From the IMG/VR virus record IMGVR_UViG_3300020466_000002: DNA of 20,000 bases; one strand, written 5' to 3'. The notes below the pieces were generated by a model. The model was not told where the DNA came from. It did no database searches and saw only the letters and a program-made list of their open reading frames with translations. How positions within the stretch are numbered: the stretch's first letter is position 1; every line of letters begins with the position of its first letter. The translations under genes were made by a program, and so were the position numbers. Positions 1-9,918 of this stretch are shown here, piece by piece. Origin of the DNA: an uncultured virus (IMG/VR IMGVR_UViG_3300020466_000002). Lineage: Duplodnaviria; Heunggongvirae; Uroviricota; Caudoviricetes.

Positions 1-3000
1 GTTTTCTTTATTTTTAAACTGATACACATTACCTTCTTCTAAATCAGTTACAACGCTACTAGCATACCAACCAGCTTTAGTAGCATTGTTAAAGTATTCA
101 CCATCAGTTAAATCTTGTATTACTTTACTTTGACTACCTTCATAATTTAATGTTCCAAAGCTTTTTATCGTGTCAGGTGCGTCAGAGAATATAAACTTAA
201 CAGATGAATTTACAGCACTACCACCATAAAAAGTATTTCTAACTTCATTATCATGGGAATACATTTCACCGTTTCTAAATGTATAATATAAGTTATTTAA
301 CGATATACCAGCTTCTGGAAGATAAGATTTTCTACTTGGCCAACCTTGTACTTCTTCTTTAAATGAAATAGTATCATCTAAACCTCTAACACTACTACTT
401 TGTAATGATATATCATATAAACCTTTTTTATCATTAAAAGCTCCAATAGCTATATCTGTTTCTGCTAATTTATCTCTAAAGTAATCTAGCATACCATGTG
501 CTGATATAGGTTCTAAACCATTTCTAGATAACCTTAATACAACACCTCTTGCTTTGTCTGTAAAATAAGATCTAAATCCATATGTTGCAAAACTTGTTGG
601 ATCTTTACTTATACCAAACTCACCAACATAAGGAACTGATTGTCCTAAAACAGCTGTATTAGATGTTACGTTTGCATTTCCATCAGCATTAAATAAAGCA
701 TCTTTGTTGGCTAATATATTTAAACATTTATCCTCACATAGAACAGTCATGTCTGAATCTCTTGCGTTTAGCTTCTGTATACTACCATAAGCAGGATTTT
801 CATCTTTAGTTATATTCTCACCCATTATAAATTGATTTAATCTATTTATTCCTGATGAAGAATTAAATATTTGTGAAAATATTAATCCATTTGTTTTATG
901 TTCTTCTTCATATTTTTCTGCTAACGTGCTAGATGCTTTAACACCTTTAGATATTGTCGGTGCGTTAAAATCATCTCGTATTCTATTTGATTCAACACCA
1001 TTAGCAAAACTAATACAATTTGAATAAGGTAATTGTCTAGCAGCACCATGAGGATTACTAAGAGCATTATCTAACGCATAACCTTCAGTTGCTTCAAAAA
1101 ATAAATTTAATTCAGGAGCTTCTTTTGGTTCTGTTTCCCAAATAGCTGGATTGTCAGATGTAAAACCATCGTTTTCTTCTTCATCGATAAATGTACTACC
1201 TAATTGTATTTCTGTTCTATATGATTGACCATTTCCAAAATTTTGTATACCACTTGTTTCAGGAGCTGAAGCATCATAAGTATCTTCAGGAGCCCATTCT
1301 AAAGGTCTATCTAATTTAATAGTCCAAAGAACAACCCTACTACTAGCAAAAGTAGCTGTTCTACCACTACCACCACTACTTCTTCCTTCATACATAGCTA
1401 AAGCACTTCTTCTATAACCTTTTATTCTATATATTCTGTTTTCATCAGGATCTGATGCGAATCTTATTATACCTTCTAATTGTTGTAATCCTTTTACAAA
1501 ATCAGAGTGTTCAGGTTTTAATTCACTATTAGCACTAGCTTTACCAAACTTTTGCCAAAAATCAACCCAAGCTTCATCTTGACCATTCTCACTATTATTT
1601 GTTTTTTCTCCAAAACTATGATACCCTATTTCTATTATATCTGATCCTGTCTGAGCACCATAACCTTCAGCTTTATTTTTACCAGCATTTTCTGATCCTT
1701 GGTTTCTGTACATACCTATATCACCTTCACCACCTATATCTTTAAACCAATATGGTTTATGAGTTTTATATATAAACCAACCAGCAGCTTTACTATTCCA
1801 AGTATCTGTTCCGCTTATAAAATTTCCTTTTTCATGTTCTCTCCAAAACTTGTATGATTTTGGTTTACCTGTCCACGCATTACCACTATTATAATTTTGT
1901 ATTGTTCTATCTATTTGACCAAATTGATTACTAGCTACTATTCTATAATCATCTTCATTATCAAAGTTTGTTATGTTTTGTTCTAATACAGCATCTCTAT
2001 AAACTTTAGCAAAAAATCTACCTTGAAATTCAGGTAATAATTTTTTCTGTCTTTGACATATTTCAAATTTACAACCACTATCGTGATGTGTACCAGCCGC
2101 AACAGATCCTAACCAACCTGCATCTCCTTCGTCAAATTTATCTTCTATATCTACTTGCCAATATTTACCATTATGATCACCAGCATCACTAGCGTTTCCG
2201 TTAGTAAATGTAACAGCATCTTTATTGTCTGCCACATAAATTATATTAGCTATATTATACCATTTAGTTTGTCTTTTACCTCTAGTAATTCTACACATTA
2301 AATCGCTTAATTGATGTATCGATGCACTAGTTAAATTAGCATCGTCATCACTACCTGTTATACCTCCAAAAACACGACCCCATAAAAGCTTTGATATTCT
2401 TACTCTTGCTGTATTTGCTTCCGGATAACCACCTGTTAAAAACATTCTACCATTAGCGTCATGCTCGACAAAACCTTTTGAAACTTTTTTAATTGTTAAA
2501 AAGTCAGGTGCGTTATTTTCAATAGCAATAACCTTATATTTAGCAGGATCAGAAACAAATATATCACTATCGTGTCTTTTCTTTAATATTAAAAATGTTT
2601 CTTCATCTATTTTATTTCTTTCCGATGAAGGAAAAGCCAACCAAACATTACCGTCTTCAGCTTTATAATGTCTATCCATAGCTAAGTTATAGTATGGTTG
2701 AGATGTTTCTTTAATAAAAAATTTAAAATGAGTTGCCCATTGTGGAGGTTGATTTAAAACCCTAACTGATAATTTATTATATCTTCTTGCAGCAGCTTTA
2801 TCTAACTGTATAGATCCACTAGGATCTGTTAACACAGGTGTTTCTCTACCATACTCATCTAAGTACACTATACCTACTTGATAAGTTCTAAGCGATTTTA
2901 CAGATTTAGAAGGCTCACCCGGTGGTCCAACTATAGCTGGTGCAGTTACTTTAAATAAAGGAGTTATTTCACGATTATTTTCATCTACAACATTATATTG

Positions 3001-4362
3001 ATGTTTATAGTTACCGTAAACTAATCTATTAGCAACCATTTCTTGAGCTTTTGCTACTTTTGGAACATTGTCCCATGGTCTAATCATTTGATTTGCTGGT
3101 AAAACTTTATGTATAACTTCAGATGTTATTTCTAAACTATTACTAGTCCACTCATCATCTTTGTTACCGTAGTAACCTTTTATACTTTTAACAGTATAAA
3201 CATTTGTGTTTACATCATCTTTATATAATATATCTATTTCAACAACATCTTTAGGTTTATGAGCTGTTCTAAAATTAGATATTGTTAATTTTTTAAGTTC
3301 GTTTACCATACCTAAATTATAACCCTTTTTAGGTGCATAATCAAATTCTTGAGGTAAAAAAGCTACTTCTGTGAAGGGTCCAATAGCTGAGTATTGACCA
3401 TCTTTGTATTTATATCTATATGCAAATCTAACAAATTTAAATTCAAAAAGTTTTTCATCTTCTATTAATTCTACTTTCCAGTCTTGAGCTCCAGCTAATA
3501 TCTCTGTCGATATTGCATCAATATGAACATAAATTCTATTTTGAGTAGAATCAACATTATTTACTGTTAATATTATTTCTTCATCATCAGCATCGTTTAG
3601 TAATGTTAACTTTATTTTTTTACCGTCCCACTCTAATAAATCAATCGCAGGTGTGGTAAATGTTAAATAACCACTACCAGCGGTATAATTTCCCGTACTT
3701 AATGGAACAACTTCTGCGTCTACTGTATGTGTAAAGTTTGTTTGTAATAATGTAGTTTCGGTAGGACCATCTGTCAAGGTATTTGACATGGTTAATGTTG
3801 GAGGTTGTACTGGTGATTTTTTTATTACAGTTATATCTCTTTCTTCAAAATTATAAAGAGCATTGTTATGATCTCTCAACTGTGTATGTGTGCTAAAGTT
3901 ACTACTACCAGCTTTAAATGTATCTATATTGATCATTTTAGGCTCATTAAGATTGTCAGTAAAACATAATAAGTTTTCTATTATATTTACACCGGTTATT
4001 CTATAAGCATAAGCTCTACTAAAATTTAAAATACCTTGTGTATCAACTAATACAGGTGTCACTGATCTTCTTAGTGGATCATATTCAGCTATTGCATCTA
4101 CTGTATTTCCTTTTATAAACCAATATATTCTGTCTTTAGCAGAATCTTTTACAACTCCTATACATTCTGAACCTGATATACCTATTAAACCATTATAAGC
4201 TAATTGATTTCCTAATATGTTTTGTACAGTACCAATTTCACTACCCTCAGAACTAGCTACTTCAATATTCATTGCGTCTCTATACTCACCGTTAGGAACT
4301 AATCTTTCGTCAAGGTCTTTATTCATTTTACCATAACGAAAATCTTGTTTCAATTCAGCCAT
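1..4362 (-). CDS. Large tail stabilisation/muzzle-type protein (P22 gp10-like role), 3' end truncated by the window edge, >=1454 aa
   Basis: Not in the ORF track. ATG at 4362 gives MAELKQDFRYGKMNKDLDERLVPNGEYRDAMNIEVASSEGSEIGTVQNILGN. The same frame reads ...NCISFANGVESNRIRDDFNAPTISKGVKAS...YFTDKARGVVLRLSRNGLEPIS...EEGNVYQFKNKEN at base 1. The MNKDLDERL and GVESNRIRDDFN motifs and the position after the tail ring genes match stabilisation proteins of Bacteroidota podophages as I recall them. Confidence 0.8.
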   Translation of the reverse strand, partial: MAELKQDFRYGKMNKDLDERLVPNGEYRDAMNIEVASSEGSEIGTVQNILGNQLAYNGLIGISGSECIGVVKDSAKDRIYWFIKGNTVDAIAEYDPLRRSVTPVLVDTQGILNFSRAYAYRITGVNIIENLLCFTDNLNEPKMINIDTFKAGSSNFSTHTQLRDHNNALYNFEERDITVIKKSPVQPPTLTMSNTLTDGPTETTLLQTNFTHTVDAEVVPLSTGNYTAGSGYLTFTTPAIDLLEWDGKKIKLTLLNDADDEEIILTVNNVDSTQNRIYVHIDAISTEILAGAQDWKVELIEDEKLFEFKFVRFAYRYKYKDGQYSAIGPFTEVAFLPQEFDYAPKKGYNLGMVNELKKLTISNFRTAHKPKDVVEIDILYKDDVNTNVYTVKSIKGYYGNKDDEWTSNSLEITSEVIHKVLPANQMIRPWDNVPKVAKAQEMVANRLVYGNYKHQYNVVDENNREITPLFKVTAPAIVGPPGEPSKSVKSLRTYQVGIVYLDEYGRETPVLTDPSGSIQLDKAAARRYNKLSVRVLNQPPQWATHFKFFIKETSQPYYNLAMDRHYKAEDGNVWLAFPSSERNKIDEETFLILKKRHDSDIFVSDPAKYKVIAIENNAPDFLTIKKVSKGFVEHDANGRMFLTGGYPEANTARVRISKLLWGRVFGGITGSDDDANLTSASIHQLSDLMCRITRGKRQTKWYNIANIIYVADNKDAVTFTNGNASDAGDHNGKYWQVDIEDKFDEGDAGWLGSVAAGTHHDSGCKFEICQRQKKLLPEFQGRFFAKVYRDAVLEQNITNFDNEDDYRIVASNQFGQIDRTIQNYNSGNAWTGKPKSYKFWREHEKGNFISGTDTWNSKAAGWFIYKTHKPYWFKDIGGEGDIGMYRNQGSENAGKNKAEGYGAQTGSDIIEIGYHSFGEKTNNSENGQDEAWVDFWQKFGKASANSELKPEHSDFVKGLQQLEGIIRFASDPDENRIYRIKGYRRSALAMYEGRSSGGSGRTATFASSRVVLWTIKLDRPLEWAPEDTYDASAPETSGIQNFGNGQSYRTEIQLGSTFIDEEENDGFTSDNPAIWETEPKEAPELNLFFEATEGYALDNALSNPHGAARQLPYSNCISFANGVESNRIRDDFNAPTISKGVKASSTLAEKYEEEHKTNGLIFSQIFNSSSGINRLNQFIMGENITKDENPAYGSIQKLNARDSDMTVLCEDKCLNILANKDALFNADGNANVTSNTAVLGQSVPYVGEFGISKDPTSFATYGFRSYFTDKARGVVLRLSRNGLEPISAHGMLDYFRDKLAETDIAIGAFNDKKGLYDISLQSSSVRGLDDTISFKEEVQGWPSRKSYLPEAGISLNNLYYTFRNGEMYSHDNEVRNTFYGGSAVNSSVKFIFSDAPDTIKSFGTLNYEGSQSKVIQDLTDGEYFNNATKAGWYASSVVTDLEEGNVYQFKNKEN

Positions 4363-4368
4363 ATTTTA

Positions 4369-5496
4369 TTAATGTTTTATATGTTTCGACTTACCTCTCA
4401 TTACCTGAGTTAGCTCTCCTATTTTCAAGTTAGATAATCTTAGTTTTGCGTTTCTTATAGCAGCAAACCTTTCTCTTTTATATCTTTGAACTAATGTTTC
4501 AGGTGTATCAAATTTTGTAGATAAGATAGCATGAGCTATCCATTTATACATGGCTTCTTCTGCGAATTTATGAACTATCATTTCAGCATCAGTACCAAGA
4601 CTATCACTCACGTAATGTAATGTTATTGTTTTACCAGTCAAACTTGAACTAAAATGTATTTTACCTCTAGCGTTATCTATATAAAATAATCCGTTTACTT
4701 GTAAACTTTCTGGGTTACCACCGTATCTAGAACCTGTATCATTTTGATAATCATATAAATTTTCAGGAGATCCATTAACTGTTGTACCTTCTGATTTTGA
4801 TCTGAAAGCAGTCCATGTTTCTGAGTCAAAAGATTCTAATACATCTCCATTACTATCATACATGTAAGTAAAATCATCTGCTTGTATAATACCTTTTGGA
4901 TTACTAGTTTTACCTGTTGGGTATATAATATGCTCTAAACCTCCATTATCTATATAACTACATTTAATATAATTAACATAATCATGAGGTAAGGCCATTG
5001 TTAAACTTGGTGGTATATCTATTTCTTGTGATTTGCTAGATCTAAATACATCATAGCTTAATTCTTGTATTGCTCTTTGTGCATGAAAAGCTACATCAGC
5101 TCTTCTAACTTTATTAACTATTTTGTTTGGTCCAACATAACCAACCATAAAGTTGTTTATAATATCTTTAACAGTTATAAACTGATAGTTACCTAAATTT
5201 TCGTCAAAGTTAAACTGTTTAACTAGTACAATATCATCTAATGCTGGTTTACCAGACGTAAATGTTATAGTACCAATTGCTGGTGTACCAGCTGTAGCAT
5301 AAGTATATGTTCCACTACTAACTTCTGTTCCGTTGACAAATACAGTAAATTGTTCTTCAGCTGTTGGTGCAGGATCAAAACTTAATACATATTTACCCTC
5401 ATCACCATGACCAGAACCATTTGCCTGATTTGCTGTTGTTGTGAAACTCTGACTATTTTCGTAATATTGTTGTTGTGTTCCTGTAAATAGTGGCAT
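4369..5496 (-). CDS. Tail ring/tubular structural protein with an extra N-terminal beta-rich domain
   Basis: 375-aa ORF between the putative tail tube gene and the stabilisation gene. Motifs RAIQELSYD, LPHDYVNY and a basic C-terminus (RNAKLRLSN...MRGKSK) are typical of head-tail adaptor/ring proteins. Confidence 0.65.
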   Translation of the reverse strand: MPLFTGTQQQYYENSQSFTTTANQANGSGHGDEGKYVLSFDPAPTAEEQFTVFVNGTEVSSGTYTYATAGTPAIGTITFTSGKPALDDIVLVKQFNFDENLGNYQFITVKDIINNFMVGYVGPNKIVNKVRRADVAFHAQRAIQELSYDVFRSSKSQEIDIPPSLTMALPHDYVNYIKCSYIDNGGLEHIIYPTGKTSNPKGIIQADDFTYMYDSNGDVLESFDSETWTAFRSKSEGTTVNGSPENLYDYQNDTGSRYGGNPESLQVNGLFYIDNARGKIHFSSSLTGKTITLHYVSDSLGTDAEMIVHKFAEEAMYKWIAHAILSTKFDTPETLVQRYKRERFAAIRNAKLRLSNLKIGELTQVMRGKSKHIKH

Positions 5497-5502
5497 ATCT
5501 TA

Positions 5503-6267
5503 TTATTGTTTTTCTTGTTGTAAATATTGAGCCTCTTCTGTACCAGCTAACTGATATAGTCCAGGATCTTTTATTAAAATACCAGCTAATTCTAATATTT
5601 TAATAACTAAATTCTTTTCATCAGATGGGTGTAATTCAAAATGAGTTGTTCTATCAGCATTGTATAAAGCTTTCTCATTAACTATTGTATATCCCCAAGA
5701 TACCTTTGATGGGTGATCTATGTAATTACACACGACTCCTGTAGTGATTGTTGGAAAGACTTGTATTGTTCTTTCTAAAGGTATACCTGTTAATAGATCT
5801 GTTGTTGATCCAATTCTAAGTATATTAGATGTTCTAACATAGACAGGTCTGTCTATTGTTGGAGCTGTTAATGGAGAGTTTTGTATATGATGAAGTTGAT
5901 TTTGATCAATCTTTTCTATTTCAACATATTGACCATTACATAAAGAGTATATTTCACCCATTCTATAATGATCTGGTAATTCCCATATACCAGCTTGATT
6001 AGCATTAGTTGTATATAAACAGCTAACTCTAAATTTTTCGAAAATATCAATTTTTTCGTTTATCAAATCTAGCATATCAGAATATGTACTATCATTACCT
6101 GTTTCTCCTTTTTCAAATTGATTCCAATCGTAAAAGTATTGTTCAAATATATTCATTTGTGCTTGGTTCGCCAATAAGTTAAACTCTTGAGGTGTTATAT
6201 AACCTCTCTGTTCTTTATTAGCTATTGCTAACACTCTTTGATATACTGTATCGATATTAACTGCCAT
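5503..6267 (-). CDS. Putative tail tubular/ring (head-tail adaptor) protein
   Basis: 254-aa ORF with N-terminal LAIANKEQRGYITPQEFNLLANQAQ, LPDHY and C-terminal FELHPSDEKNLVIKILELAG. This resembles the P22 gp4/crAss ring-protein pattern, and the gene position fits. Confidence 0.65.
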   Translation of the reverse strand: MAVNIDTVYQRVLAIANKEQRGYITPQEFNLLANQAQMNIFEQYFYDWNQFEKGETGNDSTYSDMLDLINEKIDIFEKFRVSCLYTTNANQAGIWELPDHYRMGEIYSLCNGQYVEIEKIDQNQLHHIQNSPLTAPTIDRPVYVRTSNILRIGSTTDLLTGIPLERTIQVFPTITTGVVCNYIDHPSKVSWGYTIVNEKALYNADRTTHFELHPSDEKNLVIKILELAGILIKDPGLYQLAGTEEAQYLQQEKQ

Positions 6268-6277
6268 AGTTTTTTTA

Positions 6278-6318
6278 TTTATAGTGTAGTCACCTCATAG
6301 AGATGACTACTCTATAAA
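6278..6318 (-). promoter_or_regulatory. Long imperfect intergenic stem-loop (processing, stability or translational control site)
   Basis: TTTATAG-t-GTAGTCA-c-CTC ata GAG-a-TGACTAC-t-CTATAAA fills most of the gap between two CDSs and ends 10 nt before the ATG at 6267. No U-tract follows it on the coding strand. Confidence 0.6.
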
Positions 6319-6326
6319 GTGATTAA

Positions 6327-7088
6327 TTATTTTAATCTTTTTTGTATTGATGTTAAAACCTCCATACCTTCATCAGTCTTAAACCAAGCGGCTAAAGCTG
6401 AATATGGATGTTCATCTAATGGTACTGTAAATAGTTTTCTACCATTACTTGCCCATTGAAACGTTCTGTTATCAGGTGAAATTTTTAGTATATTTGCTTC
6501 TACAGCTTTAATACCAATGTTTCTTAGCTCCACAGAATCATCTTGAGCTAATTCTAAGAACATATAAGGGTTTTTCTTAGCCATAAGCATTAGATCTCTT
6601 TTTATTGCATTAGAGGTCATATTATTTACGCTACTACCTATTTCAACTCTGAGTATTGCCTCAGCTTGATCTATGTCCATTTCTCTAGCAACTAATAAAG
6701 CTTCGATTTCCATTTCCATGTAACCTAAATCATTTGTTGCTTCTTTCACTTCATCACGTTCAACATATATAATGTCTTTCATTGGATGATATAGTGATAA
6801 CATTTTTTGAAGATTTTGTCTTCTTTTTGGAACAACTAACGTTCCATTTCTAAAGGCTATATGCCCTAGAGTTGCAACTCCTTTTTGTTCTTCCACAAAA
6901 GGTGAACTTTGGTTAGTTGCGTATCGTAATTCTTTTTGTATTTTCTCATTATCATCAAACCATAATAAAGGTTTTCTTCTAGTGTGTCTACTTGGAATTA
7001 CATAAACGACAGGTTTACTATCTGATTTTAAATGATAAATCCTATCTTTCATTTCCCACGTATCTGGGGTGCTTGTTTTTTTTGCCAT
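6327..7088 (-). CDS. Conserved phage structural-module protein downstream of the major capsid gene
   Basis: 253-aa ORF with a plausible A/T-rich leader, lying directly after the MCP gene. Function not recognised. Confidence 0.55.
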   Translation of the reverse strand: MAKKTSTPDTWEMKDRIYHLKSDSKPVVYVIPSRHTRRKPLLWFDDNEKIQKELRYATNQSSPFVEEQKGVATLGHIAFRNGTLVVPKRRQNLQKMLSLYHPMKDIIYVERDEVKEATNDLGYMEMEIEALLVAREMDIDQAEAILRVEIGSSVNNMTSNAIKRDLMLMAKKNPYMFLELAQDDSVELRNIGIKAVEANILKISPDNRTFQWASNGRKLFTVPLDEHPYSALAAWFKTDEGMEVLTSIQKRLK

Positions 7089-7112
7089 GATATAATATAA
7101 TTAAAAAAGTTA

Positions 7113-7156
7113 TTAAAAATAAAGGTGTAGGGAGCCGAAGCTCCCTTTAACCTTTA
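7113..7156 (-). terminator. Rho-independent terminator after the major capsid gene
   Basis: Minus strand reads TAAAGGTTAA-AGGGAGC-TTCG-GCTCCCT-ACACCTTTATTTTT: a 7-bp GC-rich stem with a C(UUCG)G tetraloop, an extension stem AAAGGT/ACCTTT and a U-tract, about 12 nt after the MCP stop. Confidence 0.85.
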
Positions 7157-7167
7157 ATTAGTGTTGA

Positions 7168-8649
7168 TTAGTCAGCATCACCGATTACTCCGTCACCAGA
7201 CTTAAGCAAAATAAAGTTATTTGCTCCTTGAACACATAAACATCTCTCAGATAAGAAATGAACGTTCATTGCGTCTTCGTCAGAAGTATAGTTTCCACCA
7301 ACTGAACCAGTGATCCAAGATTTCATTCTTCTGTCATCAGCTTCTGAAGCTCTATATCTGACATGTAAGAATGGTCTCTGGATGTTTTTACCAAGAATTT
7401 GGTCATAAACAGTAGATACTCCAGCTGGTACAAAAACTCCTTCAACATCTTTAACTAATCCTCTAGTAGTAGAGTCGTTAAGATATTTCCAGTCAGTTTT
7501 ATAGAAGTCATAAGAACCTCTTCTGAAACCAGAGAAACCTAAATTTAATGCCATATCCTCAGAATTGTCAAATACACCATAAGATGTACCACCAGTTCCA
7601 TAAGAATTTTGAGCAGCTAGCATGTTATCGATAGCTAATGAAACTCCTCTATTAAGGAATAACATATTTTCTTCGATAGCACCTTGCTTATCTAATTCTT
7701 GAAGAATTTTATCAAAATCAGCTAAACCATCAGCGGCATCTGAACCACCAAAATCAGCATCAGAATAAACTAATCCTCTTGATTCGATAGCAGCAAACAT
7801 ACCTTCTGAACCTTTAACAGTAAAACTGTTAGATCCAGCGCCAGGGTCTGCAGTAAATGAATGAGCAGCTTTTTCAGCTTCAATCATTACCATTTCTAAC
7901 TGATCTTCAAATCTGATTCTTGCTTCATGCTCAGATTTTAGATACCACAAGTAACCAGATGTACCGATTTCTGTAGTAACTTCAACCCAACCAATTTGAG
8001 CAGTATCAGAACCGTTTACAGAATATTTGTCTCTAATGATAACTGGAGAATTCTTATAAAATTCGCTTTTAGCGTTTATAGAATTACCAACATCCTTAGA
8101 TCCTTTTCCATATTCAGAACCGTAAACAAACAAGCTAATGCCTGTTGTTGCACCAGTATTATCCCAACCACCAGCAGCAGCATCCATTAACTGATCAGCC
8201 TTGTAAGGCACAGCAGTAATAGTAGTTGCAGAAGGTTTAGCTTGGACATAACACTTAGTAGTTTTACCACCTTTGCTAATTATTACAGTATCTCCAATAT
8301 TTACATAATCTTGATTTGCAGAACTAGCGAAAGTGATTTTGTTCGTCGCAGCGTCAGAGTTCGCAGCAAGACTACAATCGTCAAATGCTACGTGAATTCT
8401 TCCCTGCTCAGCCCATACAACTTCATCAGAAGCCATTGGCATTTCAGCGCCAACCATACGTAAAAAACCGCTAATAGATCTGTTACCAAATCTTTCAACT
8501 TCTTTTTCGTATACTTCTGGTAAAAACTGTTTGGTGAAATTAAAATCATTACCGTCTATTGACAGGTAATTCCCAGCGAATAAACTTTTATCCGGTCTGG
8601 GAGTCAGGTGTGCAGTTGATGCACCGCCTGAAAATGTTCCTAAAGCCAT
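7168..8649 (-). CDS. Major capsid protein (HK97-fold expected)
   Basis: 493 aa, following the portal and scaffold genes and followed by a terminator. Motifs QFLPEVYEKEVERFGNRSISGFL, W.EQGRIH and LNLGFSGFRRGSYDFYKTDWKYLND resemble capsid proteins of Bacteroidota phages. Confidence 0.85.
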   Translation of the reverse strand: MALGTFSGGASTAHLTPRPDKSLFAGNYLSIDGNDFNFTKQFLPEVYEKEVERFGNRSISGFLRMVGAEMPMASDEVVWAEQGRIHVAFDDCSLAANSDAATNKITFASSANQDYVNIGDTVIISKGGKTTKCYVQAKPSATTITAVPYKADQLMDAAAGGWDNTGATTGISLFVYGSEYGKGSKDVGNSINAKSEFYKNSPVIIRDKYSVNGSDTAQIGWVEVTTEIGTSGYLWYLKSEHEARIRFEDQLEMVMIEAEKAAHSFTADPGAGSNSFTVKGSEGMFAAIESRGLVYSDADFGGSDAADGLADFDKILQELDKQGAIEENMLFLNRGVSLAIDNMLAAQNSYGTGGTSYGVFDNSEDMALNLGFSGFRRGSYDFYKTDWKYLNDSTTRGLVKDVEGVFVPAGVSTVYDQILGKNIQRPFLHVRYRASEADDRRMKSWITGSVGGNYTSDEDAMNVHFLSERCLCVQGANNFILLKSGDGVIGDAD

Positions 8650-8669
8650 TGTTTTTAATTTTTAAAAAG

Positions 8670-9893
8670 TTATTTACGTTTAATTTTAAATTTAAAGTCA
8701 CTCGAAGAATCACCTGAAGGTACTGCTCTTACTTTAAAACCGCTAACATCTTGAACTTTTTCGTGTGTTTTACGAGGGTCCATATCAACGTTTTTAGCTT
8801 TTGCAACACTATCCTTGATAGCATCTGCTCGGCCTTGTTCGTAAAAGTGATTAGCAACCAAATCAGGGTTCATTGCTGTAAATAAAGATTTATGATAACC
8901 TTGTGCGTCTTCCATTTCATTATTCTTGTTCGTAAACTTACTAATAAAATTTCCAATATCACTTTGGTTTTTCTTTACTTTATCAACGTCCCTAACATTA
9001 AATCTATATTTTTTTTCTCCCACGTTATATTCAAAACCTTTGAATTTGTTTGAAAAGACATTATCTGTCTTTTTTATAAATATAGAAGACTGCTCTTCGC
9101 TTACCTTAGCATCTTCGTTGTAACGATTGAAAAAATCTACAGCTTTTTGTTGATCTTCCGTTAAGTTAGATCCAGCTTTGATTTCTTCGTAATATTTAGA
9201 CTTTAACCCGTCTAAGTGGGCTCTAGCGTCTGCAACTTGCTCTTTTAACGCCAATTTTTTTCTTTTAACAAGTTTCTCATCTTCTTCTTCCTCTTCAGTC
9301 CATGAGTATTTATCTTCCATAATAAATTGAACTTCATCATCAGTTAAATGAGGTTTTGTTTGTTTGTAGTATTCCCTAAGTAAAGCTTTATCATCATGTT
9401 TAGTATAATCTTGATTAAGTCTTACATAGTCATCTAAACTACCACCAGTATCATTTATAAAGTCCACGACTTTTTGAATGTTTTCCGGTAAAGGTTCTCC
9501 AGTTTGTTGAGCTTGCTCTACAGCTTGTTCAACATCTTCTTTAACCTCTTCTACTTTTTCTTGAACTTCCTCTTCTGAAACTTCAACCTCTTCTAAAATA
9601 GGTTGTTCAGCTTTTTCTTCAACAACTTCCTCTTGTTTTTCAGGAGTTTTGAATTTATTGGCTTCGGTGTTATCCATTAAATCTTCTTTCTCTTCAACAA
9701 CCTCTTCTGGTTTGTTAGAAAAATCTAATTTAAAATCACCAGCTTCGTTTTTAGGTGTTTCAGGTTTTTCAACCTTTTCAGGTGTTTCTTCTGTGACTTT
9801 CATGTCACCACCTTCTTTTTCTACTTCCGTAGATTCATTTTTAGTTTCGGTAGGTTGAACTTCTTCAACTACCTTTTCTTCATTTTTAGCCAT
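8670..9893 (-). CDS. Putative capsid scaffolding protein
   Basis: 407 aa with a highly Glu/Lys-rich low-complexity N-terminus and a helical/coiled-coil C-terminal half. It lies between portal and MCP. Confidence 0.65.
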   Translation of the reverse strand: MAKNEEKVVEEVQPTETKNESTEVEKEGGDMKVTEETPEKVEKPETPKNEAGDFKLDFSNKPEEVVEEKEDLMDNTEANKFKTPEKQEEVVEEKAEQPILEEVEVSEEEVQEKVEEVKEDVEQAVEQAQQTGEPLPENIQKVVDFINDTGGSLDDYVRLNQDYTKHDDKALLREYYKQTKPHLTDDEVQFIMEDKYSWTEEEEEDEKLVKRKKLALKEQVADARAHLDGLKSKYYEEIKAGSNLTEDQQKAVDFFNRYNEDAKVSEEQSSIFIKKTDNVFSNKFKGFEYNVGEKKYRFNVRDVDKVKKNQSDIGNFISKFTNKNNEMEDAQGYHKSLFTAMNPDLVANHFYEQGRADAIKDSVAKAKNVDMDPRKTHEKVQDVSGFKVRAVPSGDSSSDFKFKIKRK

Positions 9894-9918
9894 AATATAA
9901 TATTATATAATTAAACAA

